Shown piece after piece: positions 48,313-58,059 of a DNA stretch of 64,000 bases. The translations under genes and the position numbers were made by a program. A model generated the notes under the pieces. It was given only the letters and a program-made list of their open reading frames with translations. It did not search any database and was not told where the DNA came from. The DNA is from a virus, in the IMG/VR virus record IMGVR_UViG_3300025168_000036. One strand, 5' to 3'. How positions within the stretch are numbered: the first letter of the stretch is position 1; each line of letters opens with the position of its first letter.

Positions 48313-50536
48313 AAATTTTATTTAAGAACATTGTCTCACTATCTTTAAATCTACCAAGAGATATTAGCACCAATTCACCAGGTTCTATTTCCTCAAAACC
48401 TTTCATCTTATTCTGCCATATAAAGAAGTCTATTGAGCCATTGTCATCTTTTAGTGTTGCAATACCCATAGGCTTACCAGAAGACTTACTTCTTTTTGCA
48501 ATATATTTATCTACTATACCTATAATATAACAACCCATCTTGTCACCAAGTTTCATCCTTACTTCACTTGGTAGCATTGTATTTTGAAACTTAAAGTCTC
48601 TTTCTGTAAGTATTTGTACCATCTCTTTAATAGTGTCATTTATAAGATACTTTACATTAGTAGACATTGCACCATATTCAAGTTCTTTTAACTCTGTAAA
48701 GTTAAACTTTTTATCTTCATAGTCAGGTTGCTTTTTCTTTGGTAGCCTACCTTTATGAAATTGATTATAAGTATCCACCTCCTCATCCCATGAATCAAAT
48801 GCACCTGCAAATATTAAGTTTTCAACCTTTGACTTATTTTTAATTTCAGATCTGTCCAAGAAGTCCTGGAAGCTATTATATGGTGCGTGATTTAGTATTA
48901 GCTCCACATCACTAGGTGAAACAGTCTTAATTGCATCAAAGCCAAATAGTATACTTTTATCAACTATTGTAAATCCTTTTTGAGATGCATTTATATTTGC
49001 ACGTTCAACTTTAAAGCCTAGTTTCTTTGCAACATTAATGTGCTTCATCATATCAGTTCCTGGTTCAGAGTTGTCAAGCATAACCTTCATATATTCAATT
49101 GGGTAATTTGCCTTAAAGTATCCACCCCAATAAGATATTAATGAATAAGATACAGAATGGGCTTGATTAAAGCCATAGGCTGCAAATGCAGCACACTTTT
49201 CAAATAGATCCATTGCATCTGATTCCTTGATATGAACTGATAAGCCTTTGATAAACTTTTCCTTGTATAGACCAATATTCTTTTGCCTTTGCTCCATTGA
49301 TTCCCAGTCACGGTACTTAACTAATACCTTTCTAAACTTATTTGATTCTGAATCTGTAAACCCTGCAATAAGTGCCAGTTTCATAATTTGTTCTTGATAG
49401 GTAATAATTCCATATGTTTCTTCTAGGACTGTGTTAAGTGGTTCTGGCCACCTTTCGTACTCACCTGAATGTTTACGTTTGGCATACTCAGTTGGCATAC
49501 CTTCCATAAGTGGGCCAGGTCTTAATAGTGCAGAAACTGCTGATAGTTCAGCAACTGAGTCTGCCTTAACATCTTTTAAGATACCTTTTGCTGTGCCTGA
49601 TTCAAATTGAAATATTGTATCAGTATCTGATGTGTGGAATATTTTCTTAAATGTATATTCATCATCTAGTGGAATGTCACCTAGTTTTAGATTAAGTCCA
49701 TGCCTTTTATTAACAAGGTCCATAGTTGCACCTACTATTGATACATTTTTAAGGCCAAGTATATCAAACTTTACATATCCCATATGCTTAAGGCCGTAAG
49801 TTCCAGTACCTTCCTCCCATGCTGATGATATACCATCACCAATTTTATTTAGTGCAATATTTTCATCTAAGTTTTCAGATGATATAATAACACCAGCTGG
49901 ATGTGTTCCGTAATTCCTAAGCATACCTCTAATCTTTTCTGCATAGAATTTAACCTTGGGGTATTTTGTAAAGTATTGTTTTAGTTTGTCAAAGTCATTA
50001 GCAAGTTCATCAAATGTTTTCTTTTCAGTTGACTCACCAGCCATGATAGTCTTTGTCATACCGAATGTATCCTTTGCAGGGACACCTAATGCACCAGCAA
50101 CATCTTGTATAATTGCCCTTGTTTTTGCAAGCTGATATACACCAATTTGTTTTACCTTTTCTCTACCAAACCTTTCATAGATGTAATTAATGACCTTTTG
50201 CCTTCCATGCCTACATACATCTTGATCAATATCAACAAGATCGACATCACCATCAGTTATAATCTCTGGCTTTTTATTTGTTTCAATGGGGTTTTCCTCA
50301 TAAATATCCAACAGCCAGTACAACAGACTATTTTGTTTATTACCTGGCAATTTCTTGCCTTTATTTTCGGTTATAAACGCCTGAATCTGCTTGTACTGGT
50401 CTGGATATCGTGCCTGGTAAAAATCGATTGCATCACACTCTTGTTGTAGCCAAGCAATATGCTCATCAAGACCTCTTTCCCTAAGGACCTTTGATGCATT
50501 CGTAAATATTTTATCTCCAATTAGTATCTTACTCAT
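48290..50536 (-). CDS. dnaE: DNA polymerase III alpha, C-terminal half of split gene
   Basis: DIDQD, HPAG, KFDILGL, FQFES, RPGP, YQEQ, YGFN.AHS..Y, OB fold. Confidence 0.93.
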   Translation of the reverse strand: MSKILIGDKIFTNASKVLRERGLDEHIAWLQQECDAIDFYQARYPDQYKQIQAFITENKGKKLPGNKQNSLLYWLLDIYEENPIETNKKPEIITDGDVDLVDIDQDVCRHGRQKVINYIYERFGREKVKQIGVYQLAKTRAIIQDVAGALGVPAKDTFGMTKTIMAGESTEKKTFDELANDFDKLKQYFTKYPKVKFYAEKIRGMLRNYGTHPAGVIISSENLDENIALNKIGDGISSAWEEGTGTYGLKHMGYVKFDILGLKNVSIVGATMDLVNKRHGLNLKLGDIPLDDEYTFKKIFHTSDTDTIFQFESGTAKGILKDVKADSVAELSAVSALLRPGPLMEGMPTEYAKRKHSGEYERWPEPLNTVLEETYGIITYQEQIMKLALIAGFTDSESNKFRKVLVKYRDWESMEQRQKNIGLYKEKFIKGLSVHIKESDAMDLFEKCAAFAAYGFNQAHSVSYSLISYWGGYFKANYPIEYMKVMLDNSEPGTDMMKHINVAKKLGFKVERANINASQKGFTIVDKSILFGFDAIKTVSPSDVELILNHAPYNSFQDFLDRSEIKNKSKVENLIFAGAFDSWDEEVDTYNQFHKGRLPKKKQPDYEDKKFNFTELKELEYGAMSTNVKYLINDTIKEMVQILTERDFKFQNTMLPSEVRMKLGDKMGCYIIGIVDKYIAKRSKSSGKPMGIATLKDDNGSIDFFIWQNKMKGFEEIEPGELVLISLGRFKDSETMFLNKIYERFNDE

Positions 50537-50537
50537 A

Positions 50538-51821
50538 TTATATCATTTTTGGGAATGAAGCTTTATCTCTACCTAGGTCTAAGAACCTCTCAAAGATTAA
50601 ACCCCAATCTAGTGGATTGACTTCTGTTAAGCCTAGCACAAATGCAATTAGGCTTCCTGCAACTGAACCTCTACCAGGTCCAATATATATCTTTTCTTTA
50701 TTACAATATTGTATTATGTCCTCAAGTATAAGAAAGTATCCAATGTAATTCATTTTACGTAATACTGAATATTCATATCTTATCCTATCTTTTACCTCAT
50801 CTGATATATCATTGCCAAATCTGTACTTAAGTCCATGTTTTATCTTTTCTTGAAATATGACTTGTTCATCATCATATAATTTTGGAAGCTTTACATCGGC
50901 ATCAAAGTTTGTGTCTTGAACAAGGTCAAGTATTTTGTGACAGTTATTTGCCGATTCAATAAATACATCTTCAGTAAACCACTCATTGCAGTGGTGCTTT
51001 TTCCAAGATGCATGCATTTCGTCATAGTTTTTATAATAAAGTTCTCTGGCATGATAACCTTTTAAGTTTTCACAATCAGTAATACCATCCTTATTAGATC
51101 TATCTCTAATTGTTATTAGCATGTCATGAACTTCCTGATCATCATAGCGAATATAGTGAGCGTCATTGGTCACAACTGTTTCTATATCAAGTTCTTTTGC
51201 AATCTGAACAAGTTGTTTATTACAATCAATTTGTTCTTGCATCTGATGTACTTGTAGTTCTATAAAGTATTTGTCGCCAAATCTGTCCTTATATCTTTTG
51301 GCCACACTTTTGGCCTGTTCGTAGTCACCATTCATTAAATGAAACGGTATTTCACCACCTAGACATGCAGAAGTGATTACAAGACCCTCACCATATTTAC
51401 TAAGCATTTCAAAATCTGTTCTTGGTTTAGAATAGAAGCCATTCATGTGGGCATCATTATTAATTCTAATTAGATTTTTTATTCCTTTATTATTATATGC
51501 TAAGACAAGAAGGTGAAAATACTTTCTGTATTTTTGTTTGTTTTCATCTATCTGCCTATCACCCTCAGACATAAATCTGTGATTGTTAACATATAGTTCA
51601 CAACCAAACACAGGAGTAATACCCTCTTGTCTAGCATACTTCCATAACCTGGCCCAGGATGAGATCACACCGTGATCAGTAATTGCTAAGTGACTTAAAT
51701 TGTTCTCCTTGCCGAAGTCAATAAGTTCCTGCAACTTTGAAAGTGCATCTCTGGTTGAAAATTCACTATGGCAATGTATTTGTACGAAGCCATTCTTAAC
51801 ATCTTTCCTGGGTTTTATCAT
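50538..51821 (-). CDS. dnaE: DNA polymerase III alpha, N-terminal half (PHP domain)
   Basis: HCHSEFS, TDHG, TNDAHY, GPGRGSVAGS, FERFL. Confidence 0.93.
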   Translation of the reverse strand: MIKPRKDVKNGFVQIHCHSEFSTRDALSKLQELIDFGKENNLSHLAITDHGVISSWARLWKYARQEGITPVFGCELYVNNHRFMSEGDRQIDENKQKYRKYFHLLVLAYNNKGIKNLIRINNDAHMNGFYSKPRTDFEMLSKYGEGLVITSACLGGEIPFHLMNGDYEQAKSVAKRYKDRFGDKYFIELQVHQMQEQIDCNKQLVQIAKELDIETVVTNDAHYIRYDDQEVHDMLITIRDRSNKDGITDCENLKGYHARELYYKNYDEMHASWKKHHCNEWFTEDVFIESANNCHKILDLVQDTNFDADVKLPKLYDDEQVIFQEKIKHGLKYRFGNDISDEVKDRIRYEYSVLRKMNYIGYFLILEDIIQYCNKEKIYIGPGRGSVAGSLIAFVLGLTEVNPLDWGLIFERFLDLGRDKASFPKMI

Positions 51822-51827
51822 AGTACT

Positions 51828-51890
51828 AATATAACAATTTTTATTGAAGTAAAAAAACTTTTTACGTATTATTTTTGAAAGTTATTAACA
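51828..51890 (-). promoter_or_regulatory. phage promoter with TGTTAATAACTT box upstream of dnaE-N
   Basis: same motif family as 42415-42477. Confidence 0.65.
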
Positions 51891-51891
51891 A

Positions 51892-52242
51892 TTACATGCA
51901 ATGGTTCATCCACTTTCCGTAAAACTTAAGGTATTCTTTTTCCAGTCTGCCAAACGTTAGTGTCTTATAGTGCACACTTTCTAGCTTATCATTTGGGAGG
52001 TGTGTTGAAAGATAGTTATCTATTAAATTTTGCAAACCTTTTATATCATGATACTGTATGAGATTAGTGGGAAAGCAAAACATGAACTCTTTTGTGCCGT
52101 CTTCTCTATTTAGTATATAGCTCCAAAAGTCATCTATATATAATCTTGAATCTATATTACTCTCTACTTGTGATTCCCAAAATTTAATCTCAGCCTTTGC
52201 AGCTGGATTTTCATAGAAGCAGGTTGTTAATTTTACTTTCAT
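51892..52242 (-). CDS. hypothetical protein
   Basis: ORF inside the nucleotide-metabolism block. Confidence 0.55.
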   Translation of the reverse strand: MKVKLTTCFYENPAAKAEIKFWESQVESNIDSRLYIDDFWSYILNREDGTKEFMFCFPTNLIQYHDIKGLQNLIDNYLSTHLPNDKLESVHYKTLTFGRLEKEYLKFYGKWMNHCM

Positions 52243-53161
52243 GTTTTATACCTTTATTTAGTTTTCTATCTAGTGTCTCTTCTGTATATAAGCCAAAGTT
52301 TGGCTTTAAGTATACTTCAAATCCACTATCATTTAATTTATTTGCATTATTTATATCATCATCTATACAAAATGCAACCTGTTCGGGGTCAAAGTTATTT
52401 ATAATATACTTTTCCTTCTCTTCATCAAACACAATTGCATCATAGCATATACCATTGTCCTTAAGCCACTTAATTGTGTCTGAATATATTCTAAAATACT
52501 TTTTATATGGCCTTGCGGTAAGAAGTACAACACTATATTTCTTGCATGCGTCTTTCATAAACTGCTTTGCACCATCTAGCACATCTAATGTTGCTTTTAC
52601 ACCACATGTTCTATATTCAGATTTTATTCTATATTGTTCTTTTTTATCAACTTCTGATTTGAATTGACTTAGACTTTCATAGCCAGACCACTTTAAGAAT
52701 CCACCTGGCCAATCTGCAAGTACACCATCTATATCTATAAAAGCAATCTTTTTATCAGATGCCTTAATCTTTTTCATTACCTTTTCTTGGTTAAATTTAG
52801 CCTCTACAACTCTTGATTTGTCCATAAACTTTTCATATAAGTCATCTACACTAAAGCCATTAAGTTGAATTATTCCAAATAGATATTTTAATACATCAAC
52901 ACATTCCTCTAATACATTATCATTTACATCTTCAGTCTTTTTTGATGTGTGCATCTTCCAATCTATTTCATCTAGTACTTCATATACTTCCTTAGATAAT
53001 GCTAGAACATATTCTTTATTCCATTTTATCTTTAATTCCTTATCATTAACGACATCATCTATTGTAAGATTGTGTTTATCTTTAAAGAACTTCTCTGTAA
53101 AGCTCTTTTGTAATTCGAAAATTTCTTTTAATTTATCTTTCATCTTAATTCCTTTGTCCAT
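52211..53161 (-). CDS. all-alpha dNTP pyrophosphatase (dimeric dUTPase/dCTPase-like) fused to a HAD 5'-nucleotidase-like domain
   Basis: EVYEVLDEIDWK, EECVDVLKY; DIDGVLAD, LTAR, IDD. Confidence 0.8.
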   Translation of the reverse strand: MDKGIKMKDKLKEIFELQKSFTEKFFKDKHNLTIDDVVNDKELKIKWNKEYVLALSKEVYEVLDEIDWKMHTSKKTEDVNDNVLEECVDVLKYLFGIIQLNGFSVDDLYEKFMDKSRVVEAKFNQEKVMKKIKASDKKIAFIDIDGVLADWPGGFLKWSGYESLSQFKSEVDKKEQYRIKSEYRTCGVKATLDVLDGAKQFMKDACKKYSVVLLTARPYKKYFRIYSDTIKWLKDNGICYDAIVFDEEKEKYIINNFDPEQVAFCIDDDINNANKLNDSGFEVYLKPNFGLYTEETLDRKLNKGIKHESKINNLLL

Positions 53162-54099
53162 CCTAGAACTCTATCTAGTACCTCATTTGCCTTTACCTTA
53201 TGATTCCATTGTGCGAATCTACCTAACATATATATTTTGTCTATCTTATCTAGATTAATACTATTTTGAATTTGGAATGGCAAGCCTTCAAATTTATGTA
53301 TTATAGGATAAGGTGGAGTTATTGGCTCCACAGACTCATATACCATATAATTATTAAAGTATGTCTTTCTTGACCAGCCTTCTGTGTGACCATAAATATA
53401 GTCAAACTTGGATAGCTCACCTTTATTTGTCTGGTAGAAACATTTTGGTAGTGTTGTAAGATCATATTTATCTAGCTCATCTCCATCCCATATTGAACCA
53501 AGTGGAGATTCCTTAGTAAGAAGCTTTAGATTAAGTGTGTTTATAACAACATTATAGCTTCTACACATTGAAGGTCCTGCACCATCCTTTGCATATATGT
53601 ATCCGTGTGAGTCTACCTTTGTAATTCTTTCTCTTTTAAGCTGACCTCTATCAATATCAATTATTTTTAATAGTGTTTCAAATAAGAATTTATAGCTATC
53701 CTCACCCATGTCTTCTATTTCTAGGTGCTGTATTTCATTCTTGCCTTCAGATAGGTAGCTTGACTCAGACTTACTTTTTCCTCTAGTAAGTTTTGTATAC
53801 TTATTCTTAAAACCTGGAGGTAGGACTACGTCTCTTTTTCCATCTTCCTCATACCCAACAATTGCTACAACTGTTTTTATTCTATATGAATGCAAACCTG
53901 CATCATTTAATACACTTCTAACGAATTTTTCTGAATTTTCTGTTTTTTGGATTAATCTAGGTCCTGGAATAAACGGTAAATTTAACTGGCCTAGTGGATT
54001 TTCATCATAAACAGCATATTCTGGAAAGTAGTATCCAGCTATTAAACCTGCCGGACCTCCACCTAATATACAACCTTGTTTCATTTTATTTTCTTTCAT
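53140..54099 (-). CDS. FAD-dependent oxidoreductase (Glf-like architecture)
   Basis: GGGPAG dinucleotide-binding motif, PGPRL, C-terminal LGRFAQW. Confidence 0.7.
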   Translation of the reverse strand: MKENKMKQGCILGGGPAGLIAGYYFPEYAVYDENPLGQLNLPFIPGPRLIQKTENSEKFVRSVLNDAGLHSYRIKTVVAIVGYEEDGKRDVVLPPGFKNKYTKLTRGKSKSESSYLSEGKNEIQHLEIEDMGEDSYKFLFETLLKIIDIDRGQLKRERITKVDSHGYIYAKDGAGPSMCRSYNVVINTLNLKLLTKESPLGSIWDGDELDKYDLTTLPKCFYQTNKGELSKFDYIYGHTEGWSRKTYFNNYMVYESVEPITPPYPIIHKFEGLPFQIQNSINLDKIDKIYMLGRFAQWNHKVKANEVLDRVLGWTKELR

Positions 54100-54134
54100 A
54101 CTTTAATATAACAAATTTTTGTGAATAAAAAAAA

Positions 54135-55019
54135 TTATAAGCAACTTAAATATCTTTCACCTCTGTCACATAGTATTGTAATTGCGTTTGTTTTATCATT
54201 ATCTCTTAACCATTGAAATGCAGCTTTAACATTAGCACCTGCACTTATTCCTACAAATAGTCCATATCTTAGAGCTAAGTGTCTTGCAGCTGCCTTAGCA
54301 CATTCAGTTTTAACTGGTACAATATCAGAAACAAAGTTTAGATCTACTAAAAATTTGCTTCCATCACCAATTCCTTGTATGCCATGAAGTCCTGGTTCTC
54401 CTCCGCTCATTACTGCACTTTCCTCTGGCTCAACTGCTACTATATTTATTCCTGGAACTTGCTCCTTTAGATATCCTCCTGCACCCATTATAGTTCCTCC
54501 AGTTCCTGTGCCTACTACAAATGCCTCTGGCCAGTGATCTGTTAGTTCATAGTATTCATCATGTATTTCTGGTCCTGTTGTTTTGTAGTGTGCCTCTATA
54601 TTAAGTGGGTTATGAAATTGATTGCAATTAAAGTATCCAAATGTTTCTGCTAAAGTATCTCTAGTTTCTATTGCTCCATCAAAATCTCCGGCATCAACTT
54701 GTATTAAGTCTGCTCCGTAAAACTTTAGCATTTGTTTTCGCTCTTCAGACATATTAGATGGCATAACAATTTTCATCTTATAGCCCCTTTCTGCTGCTAA
54801 CATTGCAAAAGCTATTCCTGTATTGCCCGAAGTTGCCTCTATTAGTGTGCCTCCTTTTTTAATTAGCTTTCTATTTTCGGCATCATTTAATATGTATGTT
54901 GCCATTCTGTCTTTAACACTACCTCCTGGGTTCATAAACTCACATTTGCCCCATACTGTATACTTTCCAAATCTAATTGGTATAAGCGGTGTATTACCTA
55001 CATTTTTGCTTAATCTCAT
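54135..55019 (-). CDS. cysK: cysteine synthase (PLP)
   Basis: VGNTP, NPGGSVKDR, TSGNTG, GTGTGGT, HGIQGIG, DRGERYLS. Confidence 0.93.
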   Translation of the reverse strand: MRLSKNVGNTPLIPIRFGKYTVWGKCEFMNPGGSVKDRMATYILNDAENRKLIKKGGTLIEATSGNTGIAFAMLAAERGYKMKIVMPSNMSEERKQMLKFYGADLIQVDAGDFDGAIETRDTLAETFGYFNCNQFHNPLNIEAHYKTTGPEIHDEYYELTDHWPEAFVVGTGTGGTIMGAGGYLKEQVPGINIVAVEPEESAVMSGGEPGLHGIQGIGDGSKFLVDLNFVSDIVPVKTECAKAAARHLALRYGLFVGISAGANVKAAFQWLRDNDKTNAITILCDRGERYLSCL

Positions 55020-55222
55020 TTCTTTTTCGAAACAAAATCTATTGTATCCTCTTGTGATGGCCACCTTATCTCCTTTTTGCAATCTTTACATACCCACATT
55101 ATGTTACTGCTACCTTCCAAAAATGATAGCTCTTGCATTTTATGTGTACACTCTTTTTGTATTTTATTTATTTCTTTTTGTAAACCTTTAATCTTATCAT
55201 TAAGATTTTCTACTGGTTTCAT
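55016..55222 (-). CDS. small zinc-binding hypothetical protein
   Basis: C.H and CKDC. Confidence 0.5.
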   Translation of the reverse strand: MKPVENLNDKIKGLQKEINKIQKECTHKMQELSFLEGSSNIMWVCKDCKKEIRWPSQEDTIDFVSKKK

Positions 55223-55227
55223 AGTGT

Positions 55228-56997
55228 TTATCCCTCACAGACAGCACACTCCTTCATGGCATTAGCAGCAATATCTCCTCTAAGAACACTTTCTGTTCTA
55301 AAATAATATAGAGTTTTTATACCTTGCTTCCAGGCTTCCAAGTGAACTTGATTAATCCACTTTGGTGTAGCCTCTTTTGGGAAAGCTAGATTAAGAGAGA
55401 CTGCTTGGTCAATATATTGTTGTCTAATACCACCCTGTCTTACTAGTTCTAATTGGTTAATTTCCTTAAAAGTTTTATAAACCTCTTTAACCGAAACTGG
55501 ATCATCTAACTCCGTTGAGTCACTACATAAAATTAACTTTCCATTTAAGTAGCACCACTTATCCAATTCTTTAATATCTTGCACACTTCCTCCATCTGCA
55601 AGTATTTTATCCCAAGTCTCTTTATTATTTATTCCTGCTTTTCTTAATACTTTTTCTAATTCTTTATTCTTTCTAATAAATGTACCTTTTGCACTTTGTT
55701 CTGTATATACATTTGCCGGTATTGGTTCAATTCCAGAACTAACACCACCAGCCAACTTTGAATTTGATACAGTTGGTGCAACTGCTCTTAGGTGTGTATT
55801 TCTCATTCCTGTTCCAACACACCATAGTGGTTCACCAAACTTTGTTGCAAGATCTCTTGATGCATGATCAGATTCAGTCTTTATTTGTCCAAATATTCTT
55901 CTTGTTTCAAATTGTGCAGGCAAACCTTCAAAAGGGATACCTTTTTGCTGTAGATATGTATGCCATCCTAACACACCTAGCCCTAATGCCCTACCTTTCT
56001 CTGCACTCCTCACTGAGTTTTCAAATCCTTGTCTATGCTTAGCCTTTTCAATAAACTCTTGCAAGACACCATCTAAGAACCAAGTTGCTGTATAGATTAG
56101 ATCTGTATCTTTCCATTCCTCATATTTTGATAGATTCAGTGAGCTTAGACAGCAAACAAAAGAGTGACTTTCATCTGTATGTAATACTATTTCACTACAT
56201 ATATTTGTCATATACACCTTTAGTGCATTCTTTTTATATGCCTCTGGGTTTTGTTTATTAACATTTCCTCTATACATTACATAAGGCTCACCAGTTTGTC
56301 TTCTCTTCTTAAGTAGGTTCATCCACTTTCTTCTAGATTCTGGATCTCCTGCCTCAAGGTTTCTCATAAACTTGTCACCAACAACTGCACACTGGTGCAT
56401 ATTAAGAGACTGTCTATTTACATCACCTTTTGGTTCTCTTATTTCTAGCCAATCATCAAAATCTGGATGTTCGATATTTAGATTAACACTAGCTGCACCT
56501 CTTCTTACTGCACCTTGATTTGTTGCAAGTATTGTAGAGTCATATATCTTACAAAACGGAACAACTCCATCACTGGTTCCATTACCTGATATTTTTGCTC
56601 CAGCTGGTCTTATTTGGTTTATTCCTATACCTACACCTCCACCATGTTTTGCTAGCAACATCATTTCCAGATTCTTTCTACCAATATCAACAATACTATC
56701 TGCTACATCTATTCCAAAGCAGCTAATTGGCAGTCCTCTTTCTAGGCCTGTGTTACTTAGTACTGGACTAGCTAAACATAGCCAACCTTTCCATATATAG
56801 TCAAAGAATTTTGTTGCCAACTCAGGTCTATCTAACCTTTTTGCTACCGTTGTACATACTCTCCAGTATGCATCTTTAGGCTTCTCTCCATTATACAGAT
56901 ATCCATTGGATATTGTTTGTACATATACTTGATTATTTGCCCAACTTGGGAAGTCTACATCTATTTCCCAACCTAAGTGTTCTGCGTGATTTTTCAT
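55228..56997 (-). CDS. nrdA: class I ribonucleotide reductase alpha subunit (no ATP cone)
   Basis: ISCF, GGGVG, NICSE, APT, YYFR, C-terminal CAVC. Confidence 0.95.
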   Translation of the reverse strand: MKNHAEHLGWEIDVDFPSWANNQVYVQTISNGYLYNGEKPKDAYWRVCTTVAKRLDRPELATKFFDYIWKGWLCLASPVLSNTGLERGLPISCFGIDVADSIVDIGRKNLEMMLLAKHGGGVGIGINQIRPAGAKISGNGTSDGVVPFCKIYDSTILATNQGAVRRGAASVNLNIEHPDFDDWLEIREPKGDVNRQSLNMHQCAVVGDKFMRNLEAGDPESRRKWMNLLKKRRQTGEPYVMYRGNVNKQNPEAYKKNALKVYMTNICSEIVLHTDESHSFVCCLSSLNLSKYEEWKDTDLIYTATWFLDGVLQEFIEKAKHRQGFENSVRSAEKGRALGLGVLGWHTYLQQKGIPFEGLPAQFETRRIFGQIKTESDHASRDLATKFGEPLWCVGTGMRNTHLRAVAPTVSNSKLAGGVSSGIEPIPANVYTEQSAKGTFIRKNKELEKVLRKAGINNKETWDKILADGGSVQDIKELDKWCYLNGKLILCSDSTELDDPVSVKEVYKTFKEINQLELVRQGGIRQQYIDQAVSLNLAFPKEATPKWINQVHLEAWKQGIKTLYYFRTESVLRGDIAANAMKECAVCEG

Positions 56998-57011
56998 TTA
57001 TAACTCTCCTC

Positions 57012-58004
57012 TTAAAATATTTCATCCCAATTATCATCTTCACCGGCTTTGCTATAATCAGTAGGCCTAATACTAAAAAAGTCAGTATGAGTATGGCCAC
57101 CAGTAAGATGATAGAACCAATCCAGATTGCTGGCTTGCTTTTCATTAACTGTGAAAATTTGTTCATATCCTAGCTCCTTTAATTTATCATTTGTTCTTTG
57201 TTTAATAAACTCCTTTAAGTCTGATGCTGATAAATTCTCCAAGTCACCCATTTCAAACATTTTATCTATAAACTTTTCTTCCAAATCAACAATAAGCCTT
57301 GCAGCTTCTAGTATTGACTCCTTAGATTGCTCTCTTAATTCTGGAAATTCATCACACGTATGATTAAATAGTTGGCAACCCATTCTACTATGTAGAGATT
57401 CATCTCTTACACTCCATTTCATTTGTTGACCTACACCTTTTAGCATGTTTCTCATCTGAAAGCTATATAGTACTGCAAATGAACTATATAAGCTTACACC
57501 TTCTGCAAATGCGGAGAAGATTGCCAAACTTTTTGCAACTTCCTTTCTAGCATCTGGTGAAGTTGCTAAGTCTTCGTGAGTATAATCACCACCAGTATTC
57601 ATTAGTAGATCAAACTTATCTGCAGTTGCAGGTTCATGTAAAAATGCCTCAAAATCTTCTAAGCCTAGTGTTTCGTTTAAGTAGCTATATGCAACTGCAT
57701 GTATTGTCTCTTGTGAACCAAACATCATTGCCATTTGCCTTATCTCATGCTTTGGATACCATTTAGTAACCATATTTGTCCAATAGTCAGAAACTGCACA
57801 CTCAGTTTGTGCAAACCCTAAAAGTATATTTCCAACTAAATTTTTTTCTGCTGGTGAAAGATTTTCTTTCCAGTCTTTTACATCACCTTGCATTGCTATT
57901 TCTGTATGCAACCAAAATGCTTGTGCCTGTTTAAGCCAACCCTCTGTATAATATATAGGGTATTCAAAAGGCTTAAAAGGCACTCTTTCCTCAAAAAGCG
58001 CCAT
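57012..58004 (-). CDS. nrdB: class I ribonucleotide reductase beta subunit
   Basis: ETIHAVAYS, EGVSLYSSF, DESLH, DFF...TDYSK. Confidence 0.95.
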   Translation of the reverse strand: MALFEERVPFKPFEYPIYYTEGWLKQAQAFWLHTEIAMQGDVKDWKENLSPAEKNLVGNILLGFAQTECAVSDYWTNMVTKWYPKHEIRQMAMMFGSQETIHAVAYSYLNETLGLEDFEAFLHEPATADKFDLLMNTGGDYTHEDLATSPDARKEVAKSLAIFSAFAEGVSLYSSFAVLYSFQMRNMLKGVGQQMKWSVRDESLHSRMGCQLFNHTCDEFPELREQSKESILEAARLIVDLEEKFIDKMFEMGDLENLSASDLKEFIKQRTNDKLKELGYEQIFTVNEKQASNLDWFYHLTGGHTHTDFFSIRPTDYSKAGEDDNWDEIF

Positions 58005-58035
58005 ATTATTCTCCGTTTATTTTTATTTTTGTATC

Positions 58036-58045
58036 TATAAATATC
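58036..58045 (-). promoter_or_regulatory. second upstream motif GATATTTAT (candidate late/middle promoter)
   Basis: also at 6839-6847, 19638-19646, 26410-26418 and 47333-47341, each 20-65 nt upstream of a start codon. Confidence 0.55.
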
Positions 58046-58059
58046 ATTATATATGTATA

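Noticed and set aside
50250-50600. Split intein at the dnaE junction
   Set aside because: No Cys/Ser-initiated N-intein block after FERFL and no His-Asn terminus before DIDQD
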